From positions 3,359 through 67,358 of the forward strand of contig CAZRJB010000006.1 of NCBI GenBank assembly GCA_964600435.1: DNA of 64,000 nt, written 5' to 3'. Position numbers and translations under genes: made by a program. This document shows positions 62,975 through 64,000 of the stretch, one piece after another. Origin of the DNA: an uncultured Lachnospiraceae bacterium (lineage in GTDB: Bacteria > Bacillota > Clostridia > Christensenellales > UBA1242). The notes under the pieces are model-generated. The model made no database searches. It had not been told where the DNA came from and saw only the letters and a program-made list of their open reading frames with translations. Position 1 is the stretch's first letter, and each line of letters starts with the position of its first letter.

Positions 62975-63574
62975 ATGGAAAAATTTAAACAATGGATAGT
63001 GTCACACAAATTGTGGTCAATCATTATAGCATCGGCATTGGTTGTTTGCATTGCTCTTGCAATTGTATTACCTTTAACAATTCACAAATATGACCACGCA
63101 TGCGACACAACTTGTAACATTTGTGGCAAAACAAGAACAATTGAATTTGAAGAAACCAAAGAAATTTACTTTGGATATGATTATGGCTCAAGTTATGGGC
63201 ATGTCACTTATATCACTAGCAAGAATGTTGTTTCTGGCAAAAAAACTCAACATGTGTTCAAGGTGGAACATGGTTATTCTGAAATATTTTTAGACGTTTT
63301 GGTAGAAGGCACAACTGTTGAAACAAACACTAGCGAATCTATTGCTGAATCTATACCTGTTATAGATTATGAAATAAGAGTATTTGATGAGAATTTTAAC
63401 GAACTAAGAGTTCTATTTGAATCTGATAATCCAGAAAACCCTGACTGCACAATGGCATATGTTTATATTGTTGACGAAGAAGGCAATGAAATTGATGAAT
63501 ATGATGGACAAGATGTTTATTATATGGTTACTCTTAACAAAGAAGTAAAAGACTTCCGTCTTCGTGTGCAATAA
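62975..63574 (+). CDS. N-terminally anchored small protein sharing the H-x-Y...C-D-x2-C-x2-C-G motif and following beta-rich module with the giant protein
   Basis: It has an AAGGAGGAG RBS and the TM helix LWSIIIASALVVCIALAIVLPL. The motif HKYDHACDTTCNICGKTR follows. Confidence 0.75.
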   Translation: MEKFKQWIVSHKLWSIIIASALVVCIALAIVLPLTIHKYDHACDTTCNICGKTRTIEFEETKEIYFGYDYGSSYGHVTYITSKNVVSGKKTQHVFKVEHGYSEIFLDVLVEGTTVETNTSESIAESIPVIDYEIRVFDENFNELRVLFESDNPENPDCTMAYVYIVDEEGNEIDEYDGQDVYYMVTLNKEVKDFRLRVQ

Positions 63575-63623
63575 ACTTTTAAGATGCAAACAAAAGCGAT
63601 TGGCTTATAAAAAAACTAAACAT

Positions 63624-63667
63624 AACACCTTTTGTAAGATTAAACCCTTGCAAGAGGTGTTTTTTTG
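63624..63667 (+). terminator. Terminator after the 199-aa gene
   Basis: A ~15-bp stem AACACCTTTTGTAAG / CTTGCAAGAGGTGTT (with G.U pairs) is followed by a T-run. Confidence 0.75.
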
Positions 63668-63775
63668 TGATTAACTCACAAATTTGGGTTAAAATATCAT
63701 ATAAGTTGCAATAAAAATAAATATGTGCTATGCTGTTTTTGTTTAAAGATATGCTTTGGTGCATATACAAACATA

Positions 63776-63867
63776 AAACAAAACCGAGAGAAAAAATTTG
63801 AAGTGAATCTCCATTTTTGCATGGCAAAAATCAAAACTCTTCAAAATAAGCTCTCGGTGTTTTGTTT
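63776..63867. repeat. Long imperfect palindrome (~92 nt) with nested stems
   Basis: The outer arms are AAACAAAACCGAGAG / CTCTCGGTGTTTTGTTT. The middle arms are TTTGAAG / CTTCAAA. The inner arms are ATTTTTGC / GCAAAAAT around the centre. Confidence 0.6.
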
Positions 63868-64000
63868 CTATTGACTGATTTATGAAAAATACTATTAAAA
63901 AATATTATGTTTTAATCATTTATTAAAACATAATTTTTTATTGATAAATTTTGGGCTTTTTATAGAATGTTGTTGGAGATATATTATGAAGATAGCAATA

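Noticed and set aside
1-64000. Alternative genetic code (TGA=Trp, Mollicutes code 4) or stop-codon reassignment as an explanation for the in-frame TAA
   Set aside because: TGA ends convincing genes (22377, 34593, 36900). TAA and TAG also end many genes at sensible positions. Multi-kilobase ORFs are uninterrupted under the standard code.
1-64000. CRISPR arrays, rRNA genes, IS elements, integrases, prophage modules
   Set aside because: I found no regularly spaced direct repeats with unique spacers, no rRNA-like sequence, and no transposase, recombinase or phage structural motifs in any of the listed ORFs.

Overview
AT-rich chromosomal segment from a low-GC Firmicutes/Tenericutes-like bacterium. 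It uses the standard stop set: TGA, TAG and TAA all end otherwise convincing genes, so there is no TGA=Trp recoding. All family calls come from motif recognition by eye, not HMM or BLAST searches.

Housekeeping genes: leuS, metG, nifS-nifU, recD2-like helicase, parA-parB flanked by two perfect parS sites, tmk, an nrnA-like DHH phosphoesterase, cls, and tRNA-Glu/Met/His. Several sigma-70-like consensus promoters and hairpin terminators are readable.

Accessory content is dominated by cell-surface genes:
- A ~2,500-codon surface-protein reading frame (2051..9574, minus strand) is interrupted by one in-frame TAA just before its membrane-anchor segment. It lies downstream of a solitary VirD4/TraG-type coupling ATPase.
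- A 3,052-aa highly modular surface protein (53390..62548) follows a TetR gene directly. A small paralogous protein follows it.
- A BspA-type LRR protein is followed by a 98-aa collagen-like protein.

Other notable items:
- a Rel/SpoT homologue with an intact HD hydrolase but an apparently dead synthetase domain, translationally coupled to an XRE regulator;
- a MetRS whose HIGH signature reads TLGN;
- a TA-like pair encoding a PIN-like protein with a very large insertion;
- a GNAT-ASCH fusion broken by a 4-nt GGCT duplication;
- an isochorismatase-like/ADP-ribosylglycohydrolase-like fusion with degenerate catalytic motifs;
- an OmpR/HK two-component locus with cls and a tandemly duplicated ABC module;
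- a 57-aa hydrophobic ORF below the ORF-track cutoff.

I recognised no CRISPR array, rRNA, transposase, integrase or phage structural gene.
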